Shown: positions 9,309 to 19,393, numbered from the stretch's first letter. The stretch: DNA of 64,000 bases from an uncultured Lachnospiraceae bacterium (GCA_948989975.1 CARHSH010000001.1:18906-82905); one strand, 5' to 3'. The notes: a model not told the origin generated them from the letters alone. Translations and numbers: made by a program.

Positions 9309-10979
9309 ATGGACGGAATTATGCGGTTTCGGCATAATGTAATGAATATAGATTCTTTTGCTGCCTTTGAAAGTATTCGGGGCGGGGTGAATCAAGATTG
9401 CAGAGATGTTTATTTTGTCCGGTTTGTTGGGGTAAATGAGAAGATTCAATCTGATATACAGAAGATGGACGCTGATTTGCAGGAGCAGATGAGGCAGGGG
9501 CAGATCGGCTATCGGAGGACTGCCCATTTGCCGGGGATTGATTCTGGGGAGTCAGTGAAGCGTTATGTGGAACGGTATTTTGCTTGGGTGGAATCTGGGA
9601 GAATAAGTATATCCTCTGATGTTTTATCCGGTGACAAGGAGTATGAACGGGCGCTTGGCAACGCAGTTTTGAAAGTGACGGAGGTTTATTTTTCTGGGAA
9701 GCAGATGACGGAATCTATGGAAAAAAATTTTGTCGTGAAACTTTTGTTTTGGCATGATTTTTTGATGAATGGCGTTGCGCTGAATTGGAATGAAAGGGTG
9801 TCCGTTAAACTGGTTTTGGCGAATATTGTGAAAAGACAAGAGTATTTGTTTTGTTATCTGCTCACGTTGTTGGGATATGATGTGCTTTTACTGCAATGCG
9901 AAGCGGATATTTCAGCAGAAGATGCGAAGCTGGGGTATTCCCGAAAAATTGAGCTGGGGAATTTTGGGCGGATAGATTTTAAAGCTATGGAAACGGGAAA
10001 CAAGGCGGTTCCAGAATCTATAGCAACCGCAAAACTGGAATCAGCGGCAGAATCCGCAGCGGCAAGACCCGTTACGGTAACGAAGCCCGTAACAGCGGCG
10101 AAACCTGTGATGGCAACAAAGCCCGTAACGACGGCGAAACCTGTGACGGCAACAAAGCCCGTAACAGCGGCAAAACCCGTTACGGTGACGAAGCCCGTAA
10201 CGACGGCGAAACCTGTGACGGCAACAAAACCGGTAACGGCAGTAAATCCTGTGAAGGCAACGAAGCCTACAACAGCGGCGAAACCTGTGACGGCAACAAA
10301 ACCTGTATCGGCAGTAAAACCAGAGAGGGTGACGAAGCCTATAACGGCAACAAAACCAGTAACAGCGGTGAAACCTGTAATGGCAACGAAATCCGCAGGG
10401 AGCCGTGTGGAAAAAAGTTTCGAGGAGCTTGCGCTTCTTGCATCATCGGTTGTGCTGATTGCAATTCACGGCCATAATGGCGATGTGATAGGGACGGGTT
10501 CCGGTATTATGGTTGGGGCAAATGGGTATATTTTGACGAATTGCCATGTGGCAAGCGGCGGAAAATATTATTCAGTCCGGATAGAGGAAGATGAGACAGT
10601 TTACACGACAGATGAGTTAATAAAATACAATTCCGTATTGGATCTGGCAGTTCTTCGGATTGACAGGCGCTTAGAGCCGCTTACGCTTTACAGAGGGAAA
10701 CAAAAACTTGTCAGAGGGCAGAAAGTTGTGGCGATTGGAAGCCCGTTAGGGCTGTTTAATTCGGTGTCGGACGGAATTGTATCGGGATTCCGGCGGATAG
10801 ATGATGTGGATATGATTCAGTTTACGGCTCCGACTTCTCATGGAAGTTCGGGCGGAGCGGTGTTAAATATGTTTGGCGAAGTGATTGGGATTAGCACAGC
10901 GGGATTTGACAATGCGCAGAATATCAATCTTGCAGTTGGCTATGAAAGCATTAAGCCGTTTATCAGAGGGTTTACATAA
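9309..10979 (+). CDS. Three-part protein: a YceG-N-like N-terminal domain, a (KPVTxx)n tandem-repeat linker, and a C-terminal trypsin-like (S1, HtrA-like) serine protease domain
   Basis: Catalytic His (TNCHVASGG), Asp (DLAVLRID) and Ser (GSSGGAVLN) are present. The ATG at 9309 follows GGGGG; the track start at 9273 is probably too far upstream. Confidence 0.6.
   Translation: MDGIMRFRHNVMNIDSFAAFESIRGGVNQDCRDVYFVRFVGVNEKIQSDIQKMDADLQEQMRQGQIGYRRTAHLPGIDSGESVKRYVERYFAWVESGRISISSDVLSGDKEYERALGNAVLKVTEVYFSGKQMTESMEKNFVVKLLFWHDFLMNGVALNWNERVSVKLVLANIVKRQEYLFCYLLTLLGYDVLLLQCEADISAEDAKLGYSRKIELGNFGRIDFKAMETGNKAVPESIATAKLESAAESAAARPVTVTKPVTAAKPVMATKPVTTAKPVTATKPVTAAKPVTVTKPVTTAKPVTATKPVTAVNPVKATKPTTAAKPVTATKPVSAVKPERVTKPITATKPVTAVKPVMATKSAGSRVEKSFEELALLASSVVLIAIHGHNGDVIGTGSGIMVGANGYILTNCHVASGGKYYSVRIEEDETVYTTDELIKYNSVLDLAVLRIDRRLEPLTLYRGKQKLVRGQKVVAIGSPLGLFNSVSDGIVSGFRRIDDVDMIQFTAPTSHGSSGGAVLNMFGEVIGISTAGFDNAQNINLAVGYESIKPFIRGFT
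10063..10390 (+). repeat. In-frame 36-nt (12-aa KPVTAAKPVTAT) tandem repeat, about 9 copies, inside the protease gene
   Basis: Near-identical nucleotide units aagcccgtaacagcggcgaaacctgtgacggcaaca repeated in tandem. Confidence 0.7.
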
Positions 10980-11005
10980 AGTTTTCAAAGGGATAATGGG
11001 AATCT

Positions 11006-13279
11006 ATGTTTGAACATAAAATAATTCAGGATTTAGATGAATATTTTTTGAAACAGAGCGGCCGAAAAGAGACCGGCGTGTACTTTTACCGGATCAATGG
11101 GTATAGTGAGCGGATTTGTGGTTTTGTACAGAAATATTTTGATGCGGCGCGGGTTTGCGGCGTTGTGATTGAAGGGAAAATTCCAAATCCCGATGAGCGC
11201 CAGCTTGCGTATTATTCGGAAATAATGGGAGAAACGTTTCGGTTGAGTGTCGGATTTATCCGGCAGTCGCTTGCGAAATGGCTTCCGCGAATGAACGGGA
11301 ATCAGCAGGAGAATGTGGCTGTTTCTATCTATGACACGCTAAATGACATGCGCCGCATGGGCAAAAATGACAATATCCTGAAAAACACGTATATTAAGTT
11401 TATGTGCTGGCTTTATTATAAGTTTGAACGGATTGTAAATTGTTTAGGCGCAGAACAACTGCCTAAGATTTTATATGAAGGGGAAGTCAGCAATTATGAA
11501 TTAAAGCTGCTCTGCGTTTTGTCAAAAGCGGGATGTGACATTGTTCTGCTTCAATATCATGGCGATTTGGCGTATTTAAAACTTGATCCGAAGTCGGAAA
11601 CTTCTATGGAATGGACGCAGGAAGGGCTGACAGCGTTTCCGGAATGGTTTCATTTAAAGTGGATTCAGCAGGAATCGCAGAGAGAGCGGGAGAGAGAACG
11701 TCTCTACGGGGGCGCGCCGGAGTTTCTAAACGCAACGAATGTCTGGATTCAGGGAACAGGGCTTACCGACATAAAAACAGGAATCTCAGCAAGAGGAGAC
11801 GATCCAAAGCTGTTTTATAACTGTTTTATCCGCATTTGCGGCGTGGAGGATAAGCTAACGTATATGAATGAACTGTATCAATTTCAGCTTGAATTTAAAG
11901 CGGGCAAACGAAATCTTTTGGTATTGGACGGGCAGATTCCAAAGCCTTCTATGGAAGAAATTGCCGGAATCCGCAGAGGGAATTATAGCAGTTTTGATTC
12001 GATGCTGGCAGATTTATCTTCAGGCATCCAGTATAGCGCAAACCTTTCCTTGCAGAAGCTTATGCGGAAAGCTTTTTTAGACGTTATGTTTGAGGCGCAA
12101 AAACTGCCGGATATGAATGTCAACAAACTGACAAATAAAGCGGTGTATCTGCTTTGCTGGCTGAAACGCTATCAGGGTAAACTGTTTTCTAATTGGAAGT
12201 TCCCCCAAATTGGATGCGTGATTTTCTTCAATGCGTGCAAAAATGAAAATGAAGCGTTGTTTCTAAAAATGCTTGCAAGGCTTCCGGCAGATGTGCTTTT
12301 ACTTAGTCCGGATCAAAATGAGCGCTGTATCGTCAAAGATAAATTATTATATGAAATCCAATATGGAGAGTCGATGTCTGTAAAGGATTTTCCGGCGGAA
12401 GAATCGCAAATCCGTATGTCGACGGCGGCATATCAGGCGGAACGGGAGCTTGACTCGCTGATGTATGAGGATTCCGGATTGTACCGGAACAGGCAGTATG
12501 AGAAGGCGAATGCAGTTTCTTTAAAAACGACATATGAAGAAATTGCAATACTTTGGAATGAGGAATTGCAGTATCGGCCAAACTTTAGTACAATAGATGC
12601 AGCAGTGAATGCGCCTGTGTTGTTTGCGAAAGTATCCGGCGTAAAAGACGGGCAAAAACAGCAGTATTGGGCGGATATAAAGGAATTGATTACAAAAGAC
12701 GCCATTGTGGTAAAACAGGTTCCTTATATTCGCAGGGAAGATGAAAACCCCATAAAACCTTATGCAACGGAATTTTTAAAGAATGGAAAAGCGCAAAAGG
12801 CGAAGATAAAGGCGCATAAGGCATACCGTTACAGTTTTTTGCGGGAAGAAATCCAAGACTATATTTTGGATAAACTTCAGCTTTTGCTTGACCAGCGGAT
12901 TATAAAAGGGACATATGAGAATGGTACAGAGTATACGATTGTGTCTGCCGTATTAAATCTGAAACAGGAAATTATCCGTTTACTGCAAAATTTCGATTTT
13001 ACCAAAAAAAATCCGAAATTGATTTATATTCATACTTCAGAGGCGGCGCCTTCGTTGGAAGATGCGGTGATGGCGGCTTTTTTGAATCTGGCGGGCTTCG
13101 ACGTTTTGGTTTTTACGCCGACCGGATACCAGAGCATAGAAAATTTTTACACGCGTGAGATTTTAGAGGAACATCAGATCGGGGAATATATGTATGATTT
13201 AAGCGTTCCAAATTTCGACAGGCTTTCATTTGGCGCGCCCCTGTCATGGTACGAAAAAATTTTTAAGAGAGGAAGATAA
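11006..13279 (+). CDS. Large TelA-associated protein (YceG-like), with internally repeated D[IV][VL]LL modules
   Basis: 757 aa. Its N-terminal ~200 aa align with the N-terminal domain of the upstream protease (GVYFYRINGYSE / DVYFVRFVGVNE; CDIVLLQYHG / YDVLLLQCEA). It lies immediately upstream of telA, as yceG does in Bacillus. Confidence 0.35.
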   Translation: MFEHKIIQDLDEYFLKQSGRKETGVYFYRINGYSERICGFVQKYFDAARVCGVVIEGKIPNPDERQLAYYSEIMGETFRLSVGFIRQSLAKWLPRMNGNQQENVAVSIYDTLNDMRRMGKNDNILKNTYIKFMCWLYYKFERIVNCLGAEQLPKILYEGEVSNYELKLLCVLSKAGCDIVLLQYHGDLAYLKLDPKSETSMEWTQEGLTAFPEWFHLKWIQQESQRERERERLYGGAPEFLNATNVWIQGTGLTDIKTGISARGDDPKLFYNCFIRICGVEDKLTYMNELYQFQLEFKAGKRNLLVLDGQIPKPSMEEIAGIRRGNYSSFDSMLADLSSGIQYSANLSLQKLMRKAFLDVMFEAQKLPDMNVNKLTNKAVYLLCWLKRYQGKLFSNWKFPQIGCVIFFNACKNENEALFLKMLARLPADVLLLSPDQNERCIVKDKLLYEIQYGESMSVKDFPAEESQIRMSTAAYQAERELDSLMYEDSGLYRNRQYEKANAVSLKTTYEEIAILWNEELQYRPNFSTIDAAVNAPVLFAKVSGVKDGQKQQYWADIKELITKDAIVVKQVPYIRREDENPIKPYATEFLKNGKAQKAKIKAHKAYRYSFLREEIQDYILDKLQLLLDQRIIKGTYENGTEYTIVSAVLNLKQEIIRLLQNFDFTKKNPKLIYIHTSEAAPSLEDAVMAAFLNLAGFDVLVFTPTGYQSIENFYTREILEEHQIGEYMYDLSVPNFDRLSFGAPLSWYEKIFKRGR

Positions 13280-13281
13280 CT

Positions 13282-14424
13282 ATGGGCCTAGATTTTAGTA
13301 AAACGGCAGTACAGCAGCAGGCAACGGCTCCTGAGGCTAAAAATGAACTTCAAATTGCAGAAACTTATGACATCGTTTCAGACAGACAGCAGATGAATGA
13401 CGAACTAGTCAATTCCGCAGAGGTGGATGCGCTGGTCAGTACGATTGAGGTGAATAATTTAGAAACAATCGTGTCATTTGGCGCGGAAGCGGCAGAAGAA
13501 ATTTCAAAAGCGTCGGACGTAGTCTTAAACAGTATGAATATGTCGCAGATTGACGATACAAGCGTTATGCTGACGACGCTTTCAAAAATAATGTCGAAGT
13601 TTGACATCGAGGAAATACAGGAAAATCCGGGGCTGTTTGGCAAGTTATTTGGGAATATGCGCAAGCAGTTGGATAAAATCCTTGCGAAATACCATACGAT
13701 GGGCGAGGAAGTGGACAAAATTTATGTGCAGTTGAAACAGTATGAATCGGAAATCAAACAGTCAAACAGAAAATTAGACCAGATGTTTACGGCAAATGTA
13801 AATTATTATCATGAACTTGTCAAATATATACTGGCAGGCGAGCAAGGCTGTCGGGAATTGGAAGATTATATTGCGCAGCGGAGGACAGATATGGAGGCTA
13901 GCGGCGATATGTCGATCCAGTTTGAAATCCAGAGTTTGGAACAGGCGCTTATGATGCTAGAACAGCGGACGCAGGACTTACGGACGGCGGAAAGCGTGGC
14001 AATGCAGTCAGTGCCGATGATAAAGACAATGGCATTTTCCAATATGAATCTCGTACGGAAAATCAACTCTGCGTTTATCGTGACGCTTCCGGTCTTTAAA
14101 CAGGCTCTGGCTCAGGCGATTATGTTAAAACGCCAGAGGATTCAGGCGGAAGCCATGTCTGCATTAGATGAAAAAACAAATGAGATGTTAGTGAAAAATG
14201 CCAGAAATACAGTAGAACAGTCGAAAATGACGGCGCGTCTTGCATCCGGCAGTTCCATTAAAATTGAAACATTAGAGACAACTTGGAGAACGATTGTAAA
14301 CGGTATTGATGAAACAAGGCAGATTCAGGAAACGGCGAGAAAACAGCGCGTAGAGGATCAGGCAAGGCTTCAAAATATCAAAGATGAGTTCAACAGGATG
14401 TATCATATGCCCAAAAAACAATAA
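13282..14424 (+). CDS. telA: TelA/KlaA-family toxic-anion-resistance protein
   Basis: A 380 aa coiled-coil-rich protein typical of TelA (YceH-like). The gap to the upstream gene is 3 nt. Confidence 0.7.
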   Translation: MGLDFSKTAVQQQATAPEAKNELQIAETYDIVSDRQQMNDELVNSAEVDALVSTIEVNNLETIVSFGAEAAEEISKASDVVLNSMNMSQIDDTSVMLTTLSKIMSKFDIEEIQENPGLFGKLFGNMRKQLDKILAKYHTMGEEVDKIYVQLKQYESEIKQSNRKLDQMFTANVNYYHELVKYILAGEQGCRELEDYIAQRRTDMEASGDMSIQFEIQSLEQALMMLEQRTQDLRTAESVAMQSVPMIKTMAFSNMNLVRKINSAFIVTLPVFKQALAQAIMLKRQRIQAEAMSALDEKTNEMLVKNARNTVEQSKMTARLASGSSIKIETLETTWRTIVNGIDETRQIQETARKQRVEDQARLQNIKDEFNRMYHMPKKQ

Positions 14425-14449
14425 TAATAATACATAAGGAGGAATAGTT

Positions 14450-15031
14450 ATGCCAATTAATTTATCAAAAGGACAAAAGGTTGATTTAACAAAAGGAAAT
14501 CCGGGACTAAAGAAAATTATGGTGGGTCTTGGCTGGGACGTAAACCAGTTTGATTCCGGCGCGGATTTTGACTTGGATGCGGCCGCATTTATGCTGGCAG
14601 GCGCCGGAAAATGCCCGACGGAAAAAGAATTTATCTTTTATGGAAATTTAGAGCATGGCAGCGGATCCGTATTGCATATGGGCGACAACTTAACGGGAGA
14701 GGGGGAAGGCGACGATGAGCAAATCGAAGTCGACTTATCGAAAGTTCCGGCAAATATCGAACGGATCGCATTTACGGTAACGATTTATGATTCCGATGCG
14801 CGCAGGCAGAATTTCGGGCAGGTGTCTAATTCCTTTATCCGAATCGTAGATGAATCGACCGGCGCAGAATTAATCCGTTATGATTTAGGCGAAGATTTTT
14901 CTGTAGAGACAGCCGTAGTCGTTGGGGAACTCTACCGTCACAATGGAGAATGGAAATTCAATGCCATCGGAAGCGGTTTTCAGGGAGGACTTGCGGCGTT
15001 GTGCGGCCATTATGGAATCGAAGTGGCATAA
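14450..15031 (+). CDS. terD: TerD-family stress protein (Ca2+-binding)
   Basis: [15 protein letters not shown] calcium-binding motif; 193 aa. Confidence 0.8.
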   Translation: MPINLSKGQKVDLTKGNPGLKKIMVGLGWDVNQFDSGADFDLDAAAFMLAGAGKCPTEKEFIFYGNLEHGSGSVLHMGDNLTGEGEGDDEQIEVDLSKVPANIERIAFTVTIYDSDARRQNFGQVSNSFIRIVDESTGAELIRYDLGEDFSVETAVVVGELYRHNGEWKFNAIGSGFQGGLAALCGHYGIEVA

Positions 15032-15043
15032 GGAGGGTGGAAT

Positions 15044-15634
15044 ATGTCAATTAGTTTACAGAAAGGCCAGAAAGTCAGTTTGACGAAAGAAAACGCAGGG
15101 CTTTCTTCTGTGTTAATCGGACTGGGATGGGACGAAGCAAAACGAATGCGCGGCGGTTTTTTTTCGCCGAAGCCACAGCCGATTGACTGTGATGCATCCG
15201 CGCTTTTGCTAAGGGGCGGAAGGCTGATAGAACAGGCGGATATTGTGTATTTTGGAAATCTTTCGCATAAGACGGGCACAGTCCGCCATATGGGGGATAA
15301 TTTAACGGGCGCGGGGGAAGGCGACGATGAACAGATTATCGTAGACTTAGACCAGCTTCCGGCGGAATATGATAGAATTGTCATCGTTGTCAATATCTAT
15401 GAAGCAAACCAGCGTAACCAGCATTTTGGAATGATAGAAAACGCGTTTATCCGTCTGGTAGATGGAAAAACAAATCAGGAAATGTGCAAATACAATCTGT
15501 CTGAGAATTATACTGGTATGACGGCGATGATTTTTGGTGAAGTCTACCGCCATAATGGAGAGTGGAAATTCAACGCCATCGGACAGGCGACAAACGATCC
15601 GGGGTTAAGCTCTCTTGTCAACCGATACAGGTAA
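15044..15634 (+). CDS. terD: TerD-family stress protein, second paralogue
   Basis: [15 protein letters not shown] motif; 196 aa; RBS AAGGAGGG. Confidence 0.8.
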   Translation: MSISLQKGQKVSLTKENAGLSSVLIGLGWDEAKRMRGGFFSPKPQPIDCDASALLLRGGRLIEQADIVYFGNLSHKTGTVRHMGDNLTGAGEGDDEQIIVDLDQLPAEYDRIVIVVNIYEANQRNQHFGMIENAFIRLVDGKTNQEMCKYNLSENYTGMTAMIFGEVYRHNGEWKFNAIGQATNDPGLSSLVNRYR

Positions 15635-15640
15635 ACATAA

Positions 15641-15680
15641 TGTACTCCCGAAATCACAGTACATGGATTTTGGGAGTACA
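15641..15680. promoter_or_regulatory. 14-bp perfect inverted repeat (TGTACTCCCGAAAT...ATTTTGGGAGTACA) between terD and the ATPase gene
   Basis: Seen directly. No U-tract follows, so it is not a classic terminator. It is a candidate operator or RNA processing/attenuation hairpin. Confidence 0.4.
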
Positions 15681-15703
15681 AAAACGTTTCAAGGAGGAAC
15701 GAA

Positions 15704-18364
15704 ATGAAATATCAGGGACTTACAGAAAAGGAAGTGGAAGCTTCCAGAAGGCAGCATGGTTCGAATGAAATTCCAGATTCTGAACCGACGACGTTTTGGG
15801 AGGAATTTAAAGAAACATTTGGCGATCCGATGATAAAAATATTGCTTGCAATCGCGGCATTGATGATCGTTATGTTTTTCTTTGGGTATGCAGAAATCTA
15901 TGAACCGCTCGGGACGATAATTGCTGTTTTAATTGTTGCGTTTGTATCTGCAAAAACAGGCGTGGCAAGCGACACGAAATACCGTGAATTAAAAGACAGC
16001 GCGAAAAAAGACCAATGTAAGGTGTACCGTAACGGCATAGTGACAGTGATTGACGTAGATGACGTTGTTGTAGGAGATAAAGCGCTCTTACAGTCCGGCG
16101 ATAAAATACCCGCTGACGGAATCTTGGTGTCGGGCTCCCTTGCCGTGGATAATTCTGCGCTAAACGGGGAAGCGGAAGAATGTAAAAAAACAGAAGCGCC
16201 GGAACAGACAGAGCTTGCAGATGACATAACCGGAGATACTTTTGTAGACAGGCATTCCCTGTTCCGCGGCGCGGTTGTGTTTGACGGAGAAGGGGTTTTA
16301 GACGTCCGCAAAGTCGGCTTAAAGACAATGATGGGCAAAATGGCGGAAGAAATGCAGGAAGATGAGCCGGATTCCCCGTTAAAAGTCAAACTGGCAAAAC
16401 TGGCAAAACAAATTTCTACATTTGGCTATATTGGCGCGATCGTTATAGCCGTATTATATTTTGCGTATTTTATTATATCCGCAGGCGGCGTGTCTGATTA
16501 CTTTGCCAGCGGCGCAGAGCAGATTATCAAAGATCTCGTAGAAGCCGTGTCGCTTGCAGTCGTTATTATCGTCTGCGCTGTTCCGGAAGGCCTGCCGCTT
16601 ATGATTTCCTTAGTGCTTATGCAAAATACAAGCAAAATGTTAGATCACAACGTGCTGGTCCGTAAAGCGGAAGGAATTGAAACTGCGGGCTCCCTGAATA
16701 TTTTATTTAGTGACAAAACGGGAACAATTACGAAAGGAATGCTGGAAGTTGTGGATTTCTTTACGGCGGACGGCAATTCCATAGAAATACCGGACTTAAG
16801 CAAACACAGCGGAGTAAAAGGCCTTCTTGACCTTGCCATCGGCAAAAATACGCAGTCTATGTTTGACGGCGAGCATAGAGTGATAGGCGGAAACGCTACG
16901 GATCAGGCTCTCATGAAATTTATCGGTGAATCTACCTTCCGGGCGCTTGAGGCGGACAAAGAATGTAAGGTAACGAAATCGCAGAGTTTTAATTCCGCCA
17001 ATAAATTCAGTCAGGCAAGGATTGACAGCGTCGGAAAAACATTCTATAAAGGCGCGCCGGAACGGCTGCTTGCAATGGCGGGCAAATATTTAGACGGAAA
17101 CGGTGACGTGAAAACGCTAGACAAAGCCGCGCTGGACAAAAAAATCGACGCTCTTGCCGCAAAGGCTATGCGTGTTTTAGCTTTTGGCTATTCCGAGAAA
17201 GATCTCGTGGAGAACAAAATTAATGATGATGTCGTAATTATTGGTTTAGTTGGAATCCGCGATGACGTAAGGCCGGAAGCGCGTGAAGCGATAGAAGAAG
17301 TGCAAAAGGCGGGAATCCAAGTTGTAATGATAACTGGAGACCGTTTGGAAACGGCGGTTGCCATCGCAAAAGATGCGGGTCTTTTGCAGAATGATTCAGA
17401 TATTGCGCTGTCTTCTTCACAGCTCAACGAAAAGTCTGACGACGAACTGAAAAAAATTATACCGAATATCCGCGTCATTGCAAGGGCGCTTCCAACGGAT
17501 AAATCCCGTATGGTGCGTTTATGTCAGGAAATGAATCTTGTCGTAGGCATGACTGGGGACGGCGTCAACGACTCTCCCGCCCTAAAACGCGCAGACGTAG
17601 GCTTTGCAATGGGAAGCGGCACAGAAGCGGCAAAAGAAGCTGGGAAAATTGTAATATTAGATGACAATTTTAAATCCATTAAAGATGCAATCTGGTATGG
17701 CAGGACGATATACCACAATATCCTAAAGTTTTGTAAATTCCAGCTTGTCATAAATGTAGCGGCTGTCGTAGTCAGCGCAATCGCGCCGTTTTTCGGCGTA
17801 GAGGAGCCGTTAAAAGTCACCCATCTTCTGTTTGTCAATCTGGTAATGGACGGCTTGGGCGCAATTATGCTTGGCAACGAGCCGGCTCTGAAAAAATATA
17901 TGGGCGAAAAACCCAGAAGAAGGGACGAGAGCATTGTCAGCAAGAAAATGATGGCCCAGATCATTGTCATGGGCGCCTGGCTTACTTTTATCAGTTTTCT
18001 ATACTTAAAGCATCCATTTTTCAGAGGTTTATTTGATACAGAAAAACAGCATTTGACAGGTTACTTTGTTCTGTTTATTGTTAGCGCTTTGTTTAACGGA
18101 TTTAATGTTAGAGATGACAGCTTTGCTATTTTCAAAGGATTAAGCGAGAATACTGGTTTCTTAAAAGTGTTTTTTATCATTATACTTGTGCAGGCGGTCA
18201 TCGTCAATGCGGCGCTAGTCCCGTTTACGGCGTTTACATGGATTGGAAATATGTTTAGCTGTGTGCCGTTTGGGCTTACCGGCTGGGTGGCAGTGATACT
18301 TCTGGCAGTTACCATGATTCCCGTTGACCTAATCCGAAAAGCGCTGATAGGAAAAGGAAATTAA
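15704..18364 (+). CDS. P2-type cation-transporting ATPase (Ca2+-ATPase-like)
   Basis: DKTGTIT phosphorylation motif, TGDRLETA, GDGVNDSPALKRADVGFAMG hinge, 886 aa, PMCA/YloB-like N-terminus. Confidence 0.85.
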   Translation: MKYQGLTEKEVEASRRQHGSNEIPDSEPTTFWEEFKETFGDPMIKILLAIAALMIVMFFFGYAEIYEPLGTIIAVLIVAFVSAKTGVASDTKYRELKDSAKKDQCKVYRNGIVTVIDVDDVVVGDKALLQSGDKIPADGILVSGSLAVDNSALNGEAEECKKTEAPEQTELADDITGDTFVDRHSLFRGAVVFDGEGVLDVRKVGLKTMMGKMAEEMQEDEPDSPLKVKLAKLAKQISTFGYIGAIVIAVLYFAYFIISAGGVSDYFASGAEQIIKDLVEAVSLAVVIIVCAVPEGLPLMISLVLMQNTSKMLDHNVLVRKAEGIETAGSLNILFSDKTGTITKGMLEVVDFFTADGNSIEIPDLSKHSGVKGLLDLAIGKNTQSMFDGEHRVIGGNATDQALMKFIGESTFRALEADKECKVTKSQSFNSANKFSQARIDSVGKTFYKGAPERLLAMAGKYLDGNGDVKTLDKAALDKKIDALAAKAMRVLAFGYSEKDLVENKINDDVVIIGLVGIRDDVRPEAREAIEEVQKAGIQVVMITGDRLETAVAIAKDAGLLQNDSDIALSSSQLNEKSDDELKKIIPNIRVIARALPTDKSRMVRLCQEMNLVVGMTGDGVNDSPALKRADVGFAMGSGTEAAKEAGKIVILDDNFKSIKDAIWYGRTIYHNILKFCKFQLVINVAAVVVSAIAPFFGVEEPLKVTHLLFVNLVMDGLGAIMLGNEPALKKYMGEKPRRRDESIVSKKMMAQIIVMGAWLTFISFLYLKHPFFRGLFDTEKQHLTGYFVLFIVSALFNGFNVRDDSFAIFKGLSENTGFLKVFFIIILVQAVIVNAALVPFTAFTWIGNMFSCVPFGLTGWVAVILLAVTMIPVDLIRKALIGKGN

Positions 18365-18365
18365 T

Positions 18366-19121
18366 ATGATACGGTTCCATGCAGATTTAGACAATACGAT
18401 ACTGTATTCCTATAAACACGAAATTGGCGAAACTAAAAATTGCGTAGAAGTCTATCAGGGAAGGCAGATATCCTATATGACGCATGAGACTGCCCGGCTT
18501 CTAAGTGGGTTAAAAGAAAAAATGTCTATCGTCCCGACTACGACAAGGACGGTAGAACAGTACAAACGGCTGGATCTTTCCGTTATTTCCCCAAAATATG
18601 CGCTGGTATGCAATGGCGGGGCGCTGCTTGTGGACGGAGAAGAAGATATGGATTGGTATAAAGAGTCGCTTGCGCTGATTTCGGACAGTAGGGAAATGTT
18701 AAAATATGGAGAATGGCTTTTAGGGCAGGATGAAAACCGCTGTTTTGAGGTCAGGAATATCAAAGGGCTTTTCATTTTTACAAAAAGTGAAAAGCCCTTC
18801 ACTTCGGTAATGCGGTTAAAAGAGCGTTTGGACGAAAGCCTGACTGATATATTCAGTAACGGCGCGAAAGTATACATAGTGCCGAAACGGCTGAATAAAG
18901 GAATGGCGGTTTCACGGTTCCAAAAACGGTATCCTTCCGATTTAGTCATCGCGGCGGGAGACAGTGAATTTGACATACCGATGTTAAATGAAGCCCGTCT
19001 TGCAGTCGCGCCGCGCGCATTAAAAGGCGGGAAAGGAATAAAAGGCCATATTACATATATGAGAGGGAAGAAACTATTTTCTGAAGAAGGATTAGAGTAT
19101 ATAACTAATATAATAATGTAG
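18366..19121 (+). CDS. HAD-superfamily phosphatase (Ter-module HAD)
   Basis: N-terminal HADLDNTIL (DxDxT) motif; 251 aa; 1-nt gap from the ATPase gene. Confidence 0.6.
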   Translation: MIRFHADLDNTILYSYKHEIGETKNCVEVYQGRQISYMTHETARLLSGLKEKMSIVPTTTRTVEQYKRLDLSVISPKYALVCNGGALLVDGEEDMDWYKESLALISDSREMLKYGEWLLGQDENRCFEVRNIKGLFIFTKSEKPFTSVMRLKERLDESLTDIFSNGAKVYIVPKRLNKGMAVSRFQKRYPSDLVIAAGDSEFDIPMLNEARLAVAPRALKGGKGIKGHITYMRGKKLFSEEGLEYITNIIM

Positions 19122-19393
19122 GAAACAGACTGTATTTTTGCCGTATAGCGTGTCATATCATATTTTGCGCTATGCGGTTTTTATAACAGTTTTTTCGTAA
19201 CAAGGCGCTTATTAAATTGATGCGTAATTTAATACAAATTCAATATGATACAATGATATGTTTTTTTTTGTTTTGTATGATTGAACAAAAAACTATAAAA
19301 TTATATGGCAAAACAAGGCATACTGTGATATACTAAAACATATATCAAAATGGGCAATATAAAATATGCACAATTAAGAAAGGAGCATATGAT

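Noticed and set aside
10063-10390. Regular 36-nt repeat array, considered as a possible CRISPR
   Set aside because: Repeats are contiguous with no spacers and in frame within a protease gene; this is a coding (KPVTAA)n linker.
15870-16389. Minus-strand ORFs of 152/163 aa inside the P-type ATPase gene
   Set aside because: Antisense to a gene with unmistakable P-type ATPase motifs; Pro/Ser/Arg-rich compositions typical of shadow ORFs.
18473-19156. 227-aa minus-strand ORF
   Set aside because: Antisense shadow of the HAD phosphatase gene, which has a DxDxT motif and operon context.
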